A stretch of 64,000 bases of DNA from an uncultured candidate division Zixibacteria bacterium (GCA_963817915.1 CAWFQL010000016.1:224001-288000); one strand, 5' to 3'. Counted from the stretch's first letter, positions 33,023-43,460 are shown. The notes: generated by a model not told the origin, from the letters alone. Program-made: numbers and translations.

Positions 33023-33024
33023 TA

Positions 33025-33888
33025 TTATTGCCCTTTCCTATATACTGCTGGCTTCACATAGTTGAAATGGGCATTGGAACGTCCCAACGATTCTGAATGT
33101 CCGATAAATAAATATGCGCTATCCTCCGAATGCCGACTGAAATGCTGCAGGAGGGTATCACGGGTCGGTTTATCAAAATATATCATGACATTTCTGCAAA
33201 ATATCGCGTGGAATTTTTTTCTGAATGGATATTCTTCACGCATCAAATTTAATCTTCTGTATAATACGAGCTGTTGTAATTTTTCATGCACTTTCCAGCT
33301 ATTATCGGAAAGTTGATTAAAATATTTGTCTTGTAATATTTTCGGCATATGAGATACGTTTTCATCCGAATAAATGCCGGCTTTCGCGATCTCCAATACT
33401 TTCGATGATATATCAGTCGCCAGGATGCCGATATCCCAGAATCCAAGGTCTCTGCCAAGATATTCCATAATAAGCATCGCCAGTGTGTATGGCTCCTCGC
33501 CGGATGAGCAGCCCGCGCACCATATCCGCAGATCACGTTCATTATTTTCCTTTAAGCTTTTTATCATCGCCGGCAATGCTGTCTGCGAAAAGTACGCAAA
33601 GTGATCGTTTTCACGCCAAAAAAATGTATGATTGGTAGAAATCCTGTCAATCAATCCATTTAGCGCGTGACCGGTTGAGTCGCGCTGAACATAATCATAA
33701 TATTGTTCGAAACTGGTAAACCCGTTTTGACGAAGGATTTTATTTAATCGTCCAATTATCAATGATCTTTTTTGTTCACCCAAAATTATGCCGAATTTGT
33801 CATAAACTAATTGGCTTATCAGCTTGAATTCTTTATCCGTGAGTTGAGTTAATTCGATTATTCCAATTTCATTTGCTGCCTGAGACAT
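33025..33888 (-). CDS. cheR: Chemotaxis methyltransferase CheR
   Basis: 'TNHTFFWRE', 'RIWCAGCSSGEEPYT', 'IFCRNVMIYFD', 'GHSE'. ATG 33888 follows AGGAG. Confidence 0.95.
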   Translation of the reverse strand: MSQAANEIGIIELTQLTDKEFKLISQLVYDKFGIILGEQKRSLIIGRLNKILRQNGFTSFEQYYDYVQRDSTGHALNGLIDRISTNHTFFWRENDHFAYFSQTALPAMIKSLKENNERDLRIWCAGCSSGEEPYTLAMLIMEYLGRDLGFWDIGILATDISSKVLEIAKAGIYSDENVSHMPKILQDKYFNQLSDNSWKVHEKLQQLVLYRRLNLMREEYPFRKKFHAIFCRNVMIYFDKPTRDTLLQHFSRHSEDSAYLFIGHSESLGRSNAHFNYVKPAVYRKGQ

Positions 33889-33933
33889 GATTTGGGCTCC
33901 TACCAATTTTGTCTAAATCGTTTCTAAATGAGC

Positions 33934-33959
33934 CGGGGCATCTTGTTTTAGATGCCCCG
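33934..33959. terminator. Strong hairpin between mcp and cheR (attenuator or mRNA-stabilising)
   Basis: CGGGGCATCT-tgtttt-AGATGCCCCG, with no strong U-tract on the minus strand. Confidence 0.5.
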
Positions 33960-33972
33960 ACTTCAGTATTAG

Positions 33973-36123
33973 TTAGAATTTCCCGAATTCTGTGTCGTCA
34001 AGCGCGATAGTTGCCGCGGGTTGATTTTTAGTCATATTACTCATTTTGGCATTATGAGCGCCCCAATTTATATGCGCGCTCTTTTTTGCCTTCGGAGGCA
34101 TCTGCGCCTGCTCGGCTTTTTCTGTACGTTCGGTAGTCTGGTAATTGGAAATATTCCCATGCTTCAATGTAAACTTCGAGAGCATCTGCTTGAGCTGATT
34201 GGCCTGGCCGGATAATTCCTCGGCCGCTGATGCGCTCTCTTCGGCGCTGGCCGTATTGGATTGAGTTACCTGATCGATCTGACCTAAGCCGGTATTCACC
34301 TGCTCGATACCTTGAGCCTGCTCATTGGAAGCGCTGGCAATCTCGCCAACCAGGTCGGTTACCTTGGTTACTCCGCCGACTATCTCCTCCAGTGCCTTGG
34401 CTGTAGTGTTGGCGATATTGGTGCCATTCTCGACTTTTTTCACTGAACCTTCAATTAACTCTGTTGTCTCTTTGGCGGCTTTCGCTGAACGTTGAGCCAG
34501 ATTCCTGACTTCTTCCGCCACGACCGCGAATCCCTTGCCATGTACTCCCGCTCGGGCCGCTTCAACCGCCGCATTCAAAGCCAGCAGGTTGGTCTGGAAT
34601 GCTATTTCATCTATTACCTTGATAATCTTAGATATCTGGCTTGATGATTCATTGATTTCTTTCATCGCCGATAGCATCTCTTTCATCTGGTCATTGCCGC
34701 GACCGGCATTGTCTCTGGCGGATGACGCTAATTGATTCGCCTGGGTGGCGTTCTCGGCGTTCTGCTTGGTCTGCGAGGTCATCTCGGTCATCGATGAGGT
34801 TACTTCCTCTATCGAACTGGCTTGTTCGGTCGCGCCCTGCGATAACGCCTGGCTCGAATCCGAAACCTGCTGCGAACCGGATGCAATCTGCTCTACCGCA
34901 TTTGCGACCTGACCCAGTATATCATTGAGAGAAGCCAATGTGCCGTTAACAGCATTCTTCATGATAGCATGATCGCCCTTGTAGTCGCCGACCATAGAAC
35001 CTGAAAGATCACCCTTCGACATTTCCTCAAGAACCGCTACAGCTTCGTTCACCGGCTTGATTACCGCGTCTAATGTCTCGTTGACACCCTGGACTATCTC
35101 GGCGTAGCTTCCCTTGAAATTGCCGGCGTTACCGCGGGTTTCCAATTTGCCCTCTACGGCCGACTTGGAAAGCATACCGGTCTCATTAGCCAATCCGCGC
35201 AATGATTCGGTGACGGTCTTAATCGCGGGCGATATTTCGTCCATTGAATCTTTTGCCACGATGTTGGTTGAAAGATCGCCTTCCGCGATCTTCTTTAATG
35301 TCGCTACCACGTTATTCTGGAGGTCATCCGCGAATTCATCCATGGTGTTAGCTAGGACTCCAATTTCATCGCTTCTACGCATCCGAAGACGAGTATTAAG
35401 ATGACCCTTAGCCAGTTCCTGCAAGAGCTGGACGCCTTTGGTCATGGGATTAACAATGCTTTTCGGGTAAGAAATATGCCCAGCGCTATCGCGACGACAA
35501 ATCCAATCGCAAGTACGATTATCATTGTGGCTCTGGAACTTGACGAGGTTTTATCGCTTGCATCTGTGACCCTCGCCGCTTCAACATCAGTCAATTCAAT
35601 TTCCTTATTTAATAGCTCCTCAGCTACTTTGAATGACTTCGAAGCAACTTCCATTCCCTGATTTTTTGCTTTTTCAAATGTAGCTTCATCTTTGGTAGAA
35701 TAATATTTACGTATAATGCTTTACATATTCATCTTCGTCTGTCTTCCAGGCCTGCCACGCTGCCCAGAATTTATTCCAGATCTCCTGCTCCTCGGTTGAT
35801 TTTGGGCAATGGTTCATAAACATCTTTGGCCTTATCCGCTCTGTCGAATGCATTGGCAATATGCTGTAATTCTCGTTCGGACCGAGCCTGGTCTAATCCG
35901 GCATACCAATAATGTCCGTTCAGCGGCCTTAACCGCTGTCTGAGCCTGATAAATAATCTGCATTGATCTGACACTCGGGAAGTTCAACCTTCCCAAGTGT
36001 ATTCGCTGAATCGCCAACAGTCTTTAGGCTATAATATCCAATTCCGCCTATAATACCGGCGATAATCGCGACTGCGACGAACCCGCCAATTAATTTGGGT
36101 CCCAATTTGAGTTTGTTAAGCAT
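33973..36123 (-). pseudogene. Methyl-accepting chemotaxis protein (TM-4HB sensor-TM-multi-HAMP-MA) with ~5 frameshifts in the sensor region
   Basis: Fragments 36123-35929, 36017-35832, 35974-35771 and 35654-35442 join into a TM/4-helix sensor/TM. The signalling domain '[20 protein letters not shown]' is intact in 35445-33973. Confidence 0.85.
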
Positions 36124-36200
36124 TTTAATCCCCCTTCATTTTTAGATTTCTACTACGATTGAATTCTGCTAAAAATTCTATCTACGATTAAATTATATCC

Positions 36201-37238
36201 TCAAAATACATAAATCATTTCAAAGGCCAGTGACTGATTCGCGTTATATCTTGAATCGAATCCGCTCAGTCGTGAGCTTAGTATTGAGTAATTTATTCTG
36301 TATTCCATCAATGCCTTTATTCCTCCCGGCACTGTAACCATCGGAGCCAACGAAATAGAATGTAATTTTTCGGCGACTCCATGTTCCAGACGGGAACCAT
36401 TGATGTCATTAAAATAGTCGTATCTTGATGTCAGCCCGAATCTATCGGTCAGATTGTAATTAGTCGCAATATAATATCCCATCCAGCGCGCTTTTTCATT
36501 TGGCAGGCGGCTTTCTCCGTATGAAACATTGCCGCTTAATAGAAGATTGATAAATGGATTATATGTGCAATCCACTTCGTACAATGCCACCTTCGTTTCG
36601 TTATCGGCGCTCTCCGAACCGTAAATTGAAGAAACACCAAAACTTAATTTCTCTTCGCTGGCAAATTCGATTCTTCCGCCAACATTCTTCCCTTTTTTGA
36701 AATCCACATTCTGATTCCAACCGTTGGTGACAAAAAGCGTCAAGCCAAATGAGTTGGAAATATCCGAATAAACCATTAGCCCCGTAAGATTTTCAGGACA
36801 ACTATAGGTTGACACCAATGAGTATGAATATTGTGTTTTTTCCGCGGTATCTTCGGGCTCGCAACCCATTGGAGCGTTAAATTTGCCGAATGTTAATTCG
36901 CTTGATCTTAATCCTGGGAATTTAAGGGTGATGAATCCTTGTTCGAGGTCGAAACTAAAGCCCCCATTACCATCACTTGTCCATTCCAAATCCAACCGGG
37001 CGTTCCCGATCTCACCGACATCATTTTCGAGATCAACTTCGGCTTCATCAAAACCAAACGTGCTGGTATTCGGATTATTGGTGTAAAGGTAGCTCGCATC
37101 CATAAATCCGTTGATGCGAATGGTCTTTGCCCCTTCTGAGCCTGAAATAATCGGCATGTCTTGAGCGGCAACAGAAACCGACAAAGATATGATGAATAGA
37201 AGAATCCAAACTTCCTTGTTGTGTCTCGATAATGCCAT
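36201..37238 (-). CDS. Outer-membrane beta-barrel porin (BBP2/porin-O-like)
   Basis: Signal peptide, 'INGFMDASY', 'LTFGKFNAPMG.E', 'TNGWN..VD..KGK.VGGR', C-terminal 'MIYVF'. Confidence 0.78.
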   Translation of the reverse strand: MALSRHNKEVWILLFIISLSVSVAAQDMPIISGSEGAKTIRINGFMDASYLYTNNPNTSTFGFDEAEVDLENDVGEIGNARLDLEWTSDGNGGFSFDLEQGFITLKFPGLRSSELTFGKFNAPMGCEPEDTAEKTQYSYSLVSTYSCPENLTGLMVYSDISNSFGLTLFVTNGWNQNVDFKKGKNVGGRIEFASEEKLSFGVSSIYGSESADNETKVALYEVDCTYNPFINLLLSGNVSYGESRLPNEKARWMGYYIATNYNLTDRFGLTSRYDYFNDINGSRLEHGVAEKLHSISLAPMVTVPGGIKALMEYRINYSILSSRLSGFDSRYNANQSLAFEMIYVF

Positions 37239-37279
37239 GAACGTTCCCTCGTCTTGCAAAATGCCCTCTTATCTCAGTT

Positions 37280-38098
37280 CTAGGGCGCCACGCAACCCAG
37301 CTGTTCGATTTCATCTCCGCTAAGCAATTCATTGACATTAAGCAAAACCTTTAGGCCATTGCCTATTTTGCCCATTCCATGAATATAGCGGCTGGCCTTG
37401 CCTTCCTTGGCCCTGGGTGATGGCTCAATATTGTCATTTGGGATATCGAGAACTTCAGTAACGGAATCCACAATAAATCCGATTCGATTGCTGTTGCACT
37501 CGCTTATGATTACGATTTCCCTGACGCTATCTTTTAGAATCTTAATTGTTTCATCAAAAATTTCTCTCACGACCGCCAATTCCCTGCCCCACGCTGCGGT
37601 AACCAATTCGAGAGCTTCGGAGAACATCTGCTTTTTTTCATATTCCTTGACTGTTTCCCCAAGGGCATGGATTTTTTTATGGGGGATATCGAATTTGTTT
37701 AACTGGATTCTCAGAAGCTGGTTGTTTGTAAGAAATGTATCATACCATTTCCCGAATGCACATTTATGGGGATCTGTGGTCAATTTAAATTCCCGTTTTT
37801 CTTCAACGGATTTTTGGAGTTCTTGCAGCCAATTGATATGGTCCTGCTCTCTGGCCATCAGCAAATCGATTAAGCCCTTAATCTCATCCTGAAAACTGGC
37901 CATCCCCAAACGCTTTCTAAGATCGATTGCCGGAATTACGAGCCCTCTAAGATTAATAATACCTCTCATAAAATCCGGTGAATCAGGTAATTTTGACGGT
38001 TTACTAAGTAGCACCATTTCTTTCACGAACTCCGTTCGAATACCATACTCCTGGTGATTTAATTCAAACGTCACCCAGCTGTTTTCCATCTCTGACAT
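37280..38098 (-). CDS. cheW: CheW with an inserted CZB zinc-binding domain
   Basis: CheW halves 'GIINLRGLVIPAIDLR' and 'IGFIVDSVTEV' flank 'DHINW..HKCAFGKWY..PHKKIH'. Confidence 0.85.
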   Translation of the reverse strand: MSEMENSWVTFELNHQEYGIRTEFVKEMVLLSKPSKLPDSPDFMRGIINLRGLVIPAIDLRKRLGMASFQDEIKGLIDLLMAREQDHINWLQELQKSVEEKREFKLTTDPHKCAFGKWYDTFLTNNQLLRIQLNKFDIPHKKIHALGETVKEYEKKQMFSEALELVTAAWGRELAVVREIFDETIKILKDSVREIVIISECNSNRIGFIVDSVTEVLDIPNDNIEPSPRAKEGKASRYIHGMGKIGNGLKVLLNVNELLSGDEIEQLGCVAP

Positions 38099-38169
38099 TT
38101 TCCCAACCTCCTCTTGTCGCCCCCCATGTTTAGCGATTAAAGCAGGTAAGAAAAGACTGTCGATATTTT

Positions 38170-38685
38170 TTAATTTACCGATGTTTCCTGGATCAACTCA
38201 GCTTCGCATTTTAGCAAAAGCTGTCTGATATCCAGGAGAATCTTTACTTCCTCTCCGACTTTTCCTAATCCTTGAATGAATCTGCTCGATTCACCTTTAT
38301 TTACCTTTGGCGGCGGCTCGATATGATCGGCAGGTATATCTATTACCTCAGAAACCGAATCGACTATCAGGCCGACAGCCATATTATTAATGTTGACCAC
38401 CACGATACATGTACGTTCGTCGTACTTGCGCTCTTCAAACCCGAAACGAAGCCTTACATCGACGACGGGAATAACCTTCCCGCGAAGATTGATGACTCCC
38501 TTTACGTAATTGGGCATGTCGGGCAAATCAGTGATATTTTGAATGCCGATTATTTCGGTGACATTCTTGATTTCAATTCCATACTCTTCATTTCCAAGCG
38601 TGAAAGTCAGGTATTTCCCTTCCTGGGTATCTTCCTGTTCCTCTTCGTCGAGAAGCTCACTATTGAGTCTTTCATTCTCTGCCAT
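38170..38685 (-). CDS. cheW: Chemotaxis adaptor CheW
   Basis: 'YLTF.LG.EEYGI', 'GVINLRGKVIPVVDVR', 'GLIVDSVSEV'. Confidence 0.95.
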   Translation of the reverse strand: MAENERLNSELLDEEEQEDTQEGKYLTFTLGNEEYGIEIKNVTEIIGIQNITDLPDMPNYVKGVINLRGKVIPVVDVRLRFGFEERKYDERTCIVVVNINNMAVGLIVDSVSEVIDIPADHIEPPPKVNKGESSRFIQGLGKVGEEVKILLDIRQLLLKCEAELIQETSVN

Positions 38686-38714
38686 AACGTTCTCCTATTT
38701 TAAGGTAAGCAATT

Positions 38715-41135
38715 TCAAGCAGTTACAAGCTGTGCCTGCCCCTTTTGTGACTGCGTTATATCTATTTTTTTTGAATCTTTTTCTGCTAAGGCGAAAATTC
38801 CGGCGATATCGATAATCAGACTGATTGTGCCGTCTCCCTGTATTGTACAACCCGATACTGCCCGGATTTCACCAACATATTCGGACAAACCCTTAATCAC
38901 TATCTGTTGTTGGCCAACGACCTCATCAACAAATAGCCCCATAGTCTTATTTTCATTTTCAACAATGACAATTATCCCGTCTTCCAGTTCCATCTCCTTC
39001 TTGCCATTGTTCAGTAATGTCTGCATTCTCACGACTGGAAGTAGTTTTCCTCGGATATTTACGATTTCCTGGCCGTCCATCATTCTGGTTACATTCGATG
39101 AGTTCATTCTCAATGATTCTTTGATGGCAACTATCGGTATAATGTATCTCGTACCGCCGATCAGAACATTCATGCCGTCGATAATTGCCAGAGTCAGAGG
39201 TATTCGGAGTATAACGCTTGTGCCTTTGCCTGTCTCGCTGCGAACCTCTACTTTGCCTCTTATATTTTCGATATTACGTCTGACAACATCCATGCCCACG
39301 CCACGGCCGGAAACATCCGTAACTTTATCGGCGGTAGAAAAACCGGGCAGGAATATCATCTGCCAAACCTGATCATCGCGCAGATCGCTACCGTCGCCTT
39401 CGATTAGTCCTTTTTCCCGCGCCTTGGATAATATCCTGTCTTTATTTAGCCCCTTGCCATCGTCTTTAATAAGTATCCAAACCTCGCCGCCGACATATTT
39501 GGCTTCTAACGTTACATGGCCGATCGGGGATTTATTGGAATTTTCACGTTCTTCGGGAGTCTCTAGACCATGGTCTACCGAATTTCTGATTATATGCACC
39601 AGAGGATCGTTTATCTGTTCGATAACTGTTTTGTCGACTTCAGTCTCTTCGCCGATTATCTCGAGTTCGACTTTTTTATCAACCTTCTGGGCAAGATCGC
39701 GAACCAGCCTTATCATCTTGCGGAATGTCCCGGACAAAGGAATCATCCTAATGGCGGTCGCGATATCCTGAAGGTCGCGGGTTATTTTATTCAATTGCAT
39801 GACCGATTTATCGAATCGTTCAAGCGATATGTTCAATCCTCTTATATCCGGATTTTGAGATACCATAGCTTCGGATATTACTAATTCCCCGACCAGATCC
39901 ATTAATACATCGAGCTTTTCAATATCCACTCTTATCGATTGTTTCTGAGAAGTCTTATCCGGCGCCCTGCGATCTCCCATCCTTCTGTCTTCCCCCGAAC
40001 GGCGATCGGATTGAGACTGCTGAGCGACTACATTATGTTCCAATGTCTGGATATTTTCGGATCCCACCGCCACCATAGGAATTCTGCCCGCGGCTTCTTC
40101 TGTTTTTTGCGGAGCAATTATGGATTCCATCGAAGGGGTAGTCTGAGTATGAATCGGGACGATTTCGGGTGTGTCCTTGCCGGTCTCAGGTGATAATTTC
40201 GCGATCGCGTCTTGCATCAGGCTTATCAATCCAGCCTTGCCCGCTATTTTGGGTTCATTGCCATCATTGACCTGGGCCACTGCGCCTCGTAGAAAATCGA
40301 GAACCTCCAACAGCATCGAAAATATCTGACCATCGGCAGCAGCCTTGCCCGCTCTGATCATATCCAGTACTGATTCTGCCTTATGGCTGACTGTTTCAAT
40401 ATCCGCGAATCCAAAAAATCCCGCGTTACCCTTAAGGCTATGAAGAGACCGAAATGCCTGAGAAATATATTCATCGTGATTAGGCTCTTTTTCGAGATTC
40501 AATAACGCCTCTTCCGCTGATTCTATAAGCTCATCCGCCTCCGACGTAAACTGCTTTGTCATTTCAGGCGTGATACTTAACTGCATTGAGACCGGCGCGG
40601 CTCCGCTTGAATTTTCCGATGATACTGGCGCGGGATCAATCGTGCCCGGCTCGGCGATGGGAGCTTGTTGATTTTTTGGAGTTGGCGGCGGGGACGACTT
40701 GGCGCTATTTATTGCCGCTATCGTCTTTTTGAGGTCCTCAACAATTAATGCAGCCTCTTTTTCGAATCCTGAATCATTTAGATTGCTCTCGATATTATCA
40801 AGCAGTTGACGAATAAAATCCGCCGCCCTATTCATCAGATCGACATGTTCGCTTGATAAAACACCTACTCCCTTTCTAAAGAGATCCAGCAGGGTTTCAG
40901 CTTCGTGTGTTACTTTACTGACGGTACCGAAATTCAAAAAACCCGCCGCCCCTTTCAACGAATGGAACAGGCGAAAAATCGTATTGATTACTTCCGGGTC
41001 GACTCCGCTTGAACGATCTGATATTTTTTCCAGTTCAATTAACAGGGGCTCGACATTATCAAGCATCTCCCGCCCCTCGTCTACAAATGCCTGGATAAAT
41101 TCGCCCTGCTCGCTATCGTTATCGTATCCTGCCAT
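38715..41135 (-). CDS. cheA: Chemotaxis kinase CheA with two HPt domains
   Basis: 'FRLFHSLKG' and 'FRSLHSLKG', 'DPLVHIIRNSVDHG', 'SGRGVGMDVV', C-terminal CheW-like domain. Confidence 0.95.
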   Translation of the reverse strand: MAGYDNDSEQGEFIQAFVDEGREMLDNVEPLLIELEKISDRSSGVDPEVINTIFRLFHSLKGAAGFLNFGTVSKVTHEAETLLDLFRKGVGVLSSEHVDLMNRAADFIRQLLDNIESNLNDSGFEKEAALIVEDLKKTIAAINSAKSSPPPTPKNQQAPIAEPGTIDPAPVSSENSSGAAPVSMQLSITPEMTKQFTSEADELIESAEEALLNLEKEPNHDEYISQAFRSLHSLKGNAGFFGFADIETVSHKAESVLDMIRAGKAAADGQIFSMLLEVLDFLRGAVAQVNDGNEPKIAGKAGLISLMQDAIAKLSPETGKDTPEIVPIHTQTTPSMESIIAPQKTEEAAGRIPMVAVGSENIQTLEHNVVAQQSQSDRRSGEDRRMGDRRAPDKTSQKQSIRVDIEKLDVLMDLVGELVISEAMVSQNPDIRGLNISLERFDKSVMQLNKITRDLQDIATAIRMIPLSGTFRKMIRLVRDLAQKVDKKVELEIIGEETEVDKTVIEQINDPLVHIIRNSVDHGLETPEERENSNKSPIGHVTLEAKYVGGEVWILIKDDGKGLNKDRILSKAREKGLIEGDGSDLRDDQVWQMIFLPGFSTADKVTDVSGRGVGMDVVRRNIENIRGKVEVRSETGKGTSVILRIPLTLAIIDGMNVLIGGTRYIIPIVAIKESLRMNSSNVTRMMDGQEIVNIRGKLLPVVRMQTLLNNGKKEMELEDGIIVIVENENKTMGLFVDEVVGQQQIVIKGLSEYVGEIRAVSGCTIQGDGTISLIIDIAGIFALAEKDSKKIDITQSQKGQAQLVTA

Positions 41136-41224
41136 ACCGATCCTTCTCCGATTTTAAAAGCCATATTTATAGGGCAAAAATTTTATTCTATCTTCCTTCT
41201 CAAAAATCGAGTAAGGCATTAAGT

Positions 41225-41251
41225 TTATCGGTATTAATATGAACGCATTGA
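41225..41251 (-). promoter_or_regulatory. Sigma28-type promoter for the cheA operon
   Basis: Minus strand reads TCAA-N15-ACCGATAA, ~90 bp upstream of cheA. Confidence 0.65.
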
Positions 41252-41517
41252 TTTTGAAGCGATTGTGCTGCTCAAGTTGAAACACTCGATTTGGGCCGCT
41301 CAAAAACTACCGTAACAGCTTGAAGAATAACCGTTAAGTAAAAATACTACAGCTATTGCTAATTGCTCGCAATAAGAACTGGAATTTGATGCATTCCGAA
41401 ACAGCAAAGATGGTCATTCGCCACAAGAGGATGAACGTAAAGGATTTGTTCTGAATATCGTTTTTATTTTCAATCTTCGATGAGCTATATAGATGAATGA
41501 GCCATAAATATTAATAT

Positions 41518-41544
41518 TAAGTGTCATCCGAATAGAGCCGAAGA
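41518..41544 (+). promoter_or_regulatory. Sigma28-type promoter for the divergent dual-REC gene
   Basis: TAAG-N15-GCCGAAGA. Confidence 0.55.
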
Positions 41545-41614
41545 TAACATCAGATTTTAAAAAATGTGTAATCCCCTCGGCGGGGACTAAAATTTATTGC
41601 GGAGCTTATAATAA

Positions 41615-42364
41615 GTGAAAATCTTATTGATAGAAAATGATGCTACTGTCGTTCATGAGGTCTGCAGCATCCTGGCCAAGAACCGCTTCGATACCATGCT
41701 GGCGACTACGGTGGAAGAAGCTCTCACCTTAATGAGTTCCGGCTCTCCATTGCAAATGGTGATCGCCGATATTGAGATTATCGGTAAAGAAAATTTCGAT
41801 ATCGTAAAATTCCTGAATGCCAACTATCAGCCGAATTCTGTCCCCGTAATACTATGCGGCAATTCCGCGGAGAAGGCTACAATAGTCAAAAGCATAGGTC
41901 TTGGAGCCAATGATTTCCTGGTCAAACCAATAAAATCCGATGTACTCTTGCGCAAGGTGAATAGCGCCCTTGGAAAAGACAAGGGCTCGATTTTGCTTGT
42001 CGATGATGAAAAACTTATTCTCGACCTGCTGGCCAGAATTCTTGAATTGGAAGGATTTGAGACTATCACCGCGCAATCCGGTCCCGACGCCCTAACTCTG
42101 CTTAAAGTCAGCAAAGTCAGCTTAATCATTTCGGATATCGCCATGCCTGTTATGGATGGTTTTGAGCTAATGGCCGCGATCAAAGAGAAATTCCCTGGAA
42201 TCCCGGTGCTGCTTATCACCGGCTATTCCAAACAATATAGAAGAGAGGACGCGCTGGCCTCGGCCGCCGATGGTTTTATCACGAAACCATTCAGAAATCT
42301 CGAAATTATCAGAATGGTCAAAAGCTTCAATATTCAGCCTGCTAAAAAAGGTCTGATAAATTAA
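41615..42364 (+). CDS. Tandem-receiver response regulator (REC-REC)
   Basis: Degenerate first REC ('IENDA..ADIE..KPI') and canonical second REC ('LVDDE..SDIAMP..TG..KPF'). Confidence 0.85.
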   Translation: MKILLIENDATVVHEVCSILAKNRFDTMLATTVEEALTLMSSGSPLQMVIADIEIIGKENFDIVKFLNANYQPNSVPVILCGNSAEKATIVKSIGLGANDFLVKPIKSDVLLRKVNSALGKDKGSILLVDDEKLILDLLARILELEGFETITAQSGPDALTLLKVSKVSLIISDIAMPVMDGFELMAAIKEKFPGIPVLLITGYSKQYRREDALASAADGFITKPFRNLEIIRMVKSFNIQPAKKGLIN

Positions 42365-42404
42365 ATCATCTGAAATTATATTTTATAGAATTTTCCGAAT
42401 TAGC

Positions 42405-43460
42405 TTAGCATATGCGCGGTAACTGTTCGCCGCTCATCATATCAACAATACGGGTAGTTCCAATAACGGTCTTCATGGTCACTAATCCCGGAGATCCACT
42501 CGATACAGCGCCCAAAACAGTGGCTTCGCGGGATAAGACGTCTGCCTTTAGTATGTCAATTGCCTTGGGCACAGAATCTTTGGGCAATATAATGATAAAT
42601 CGCCCTTCATTGGCCACATAAAGCGGATCGAATCCTAATATCTCGCATGCCCCTCTGACATCTTCTCTCACCGGAATAGCGCATTCATTAATATTGATCT
42701 GCATTCCTGATGATTCCGCTATTTCTACTAACGCGCTTGCTAAGCCGCCGCGGGTCAGGTCTCTCATGCAGTGAATTTCGATTCCCGAATCAATGAGCTT
42801 CATAACAGGTGATACCAATGACGCCGAATCGCTTTCAATTATAGTCTCAAATTCCAGCCCTTCGCGGGCCGCCATTATCGCGATACCGTGCCGCCCGATA
42901 TCTCCGCTTAATATGATAGCATCGCCATCTTTTACCGATGATGGCGCTATCTTATTTGAATAATTTATTATTCCTATCCCCGCAGTGTTGATAAAGATAC
43001 CATCGCCCTTGCCCTTATCAACCACCTTGGTGTCACCGGTGACTATGGTTACGTTCGCATCTTCCGCGGCTTTTTTCATCGATTGCACAATCCGCCAGAA
43101 TTTCTCCATCGGAAGGCCTTCTTCAATAATAAACCCAACACTTATATAAAGTGGTTTTGCCCCGCACATTGCCAGATCATTCAATGTGCCGTGGATTGCC
43201 AATGACCCGATATCCCCGCCGGGGAAAAACAGCGGCTTGATTACATAGGAATCTGTCGTGAATGCGTATTTTGATCCATTCAATTGAAATACTGCTCCGT
43301 CATGACGCTCATCGAGAAGAGGATTATGGAATGACGGACCGATAATTTTTTCTATAAGCTGATGCGTAAGCTTTCCGCCGCCGCCATGTGCCATGAGAAT
43401 ATTGGGATAATCGGAAATAGGAATAGGGCAGCTTGGATTAAATTCTCTATTATCGGTCAT
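42405..43460 (-). CDS. hypE: Hydrogenase maturation protein HypE
   Basis: 'HGGGGK', '[17 protein letters not shown]', 'DLTRGG', C-terminal 'LPRIC'. Confidence 0.95.
   Translation of the reverse strand: MTDNREFNPSCPIPISDYPNILMAHGGGGKLTHQLIEKIIGPSFHNPLLDERHDGAVFQLNGSKYAFTTDSYVIKPLFFPGGDIGSLAIHGTLNDLAMCGAKPLYISVGFIIEEGLPMEKFWRIVQSMKKAAEDANVTIVTGDTKVVDKGKGDGIFINTAGIGIINYSNKIAPSSVKDGDAIILSGDIGRHGIAIMAAREGLEFETIIESDSASLVSPVMKLIDSGIEIHCMRDLTRGGLASALVEIAESSGMQININECAIPVREDVRGACEILGFDPLYVANEGRFIIILPKDSVPKAIDILKADVLSREATVLGAVSSGSPGLVTMKTVIGTTRIVDMMSGEQLPRIC

Noticed and set aside
14380..36000. Programmed frameshifting or phase variation in the giant gene and the MCP
   Set aside because: No slippery heptamers or long homopolymer/SSR tracts; many scattered single-base insertions fit sequencing error better.
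38138..38166. Sigma28-like TAAA...GTCGATAT between the cheW genes
   Set aside because: 17-bp spacing and antisense to the operon.
26217..39771. Long plus-strand ORFs such as 26217-26849, 37398-37892 and 38827-39372
   Set aside because: Antisense shadows of well-supported minus-strand genes, with no recognisable motifs.
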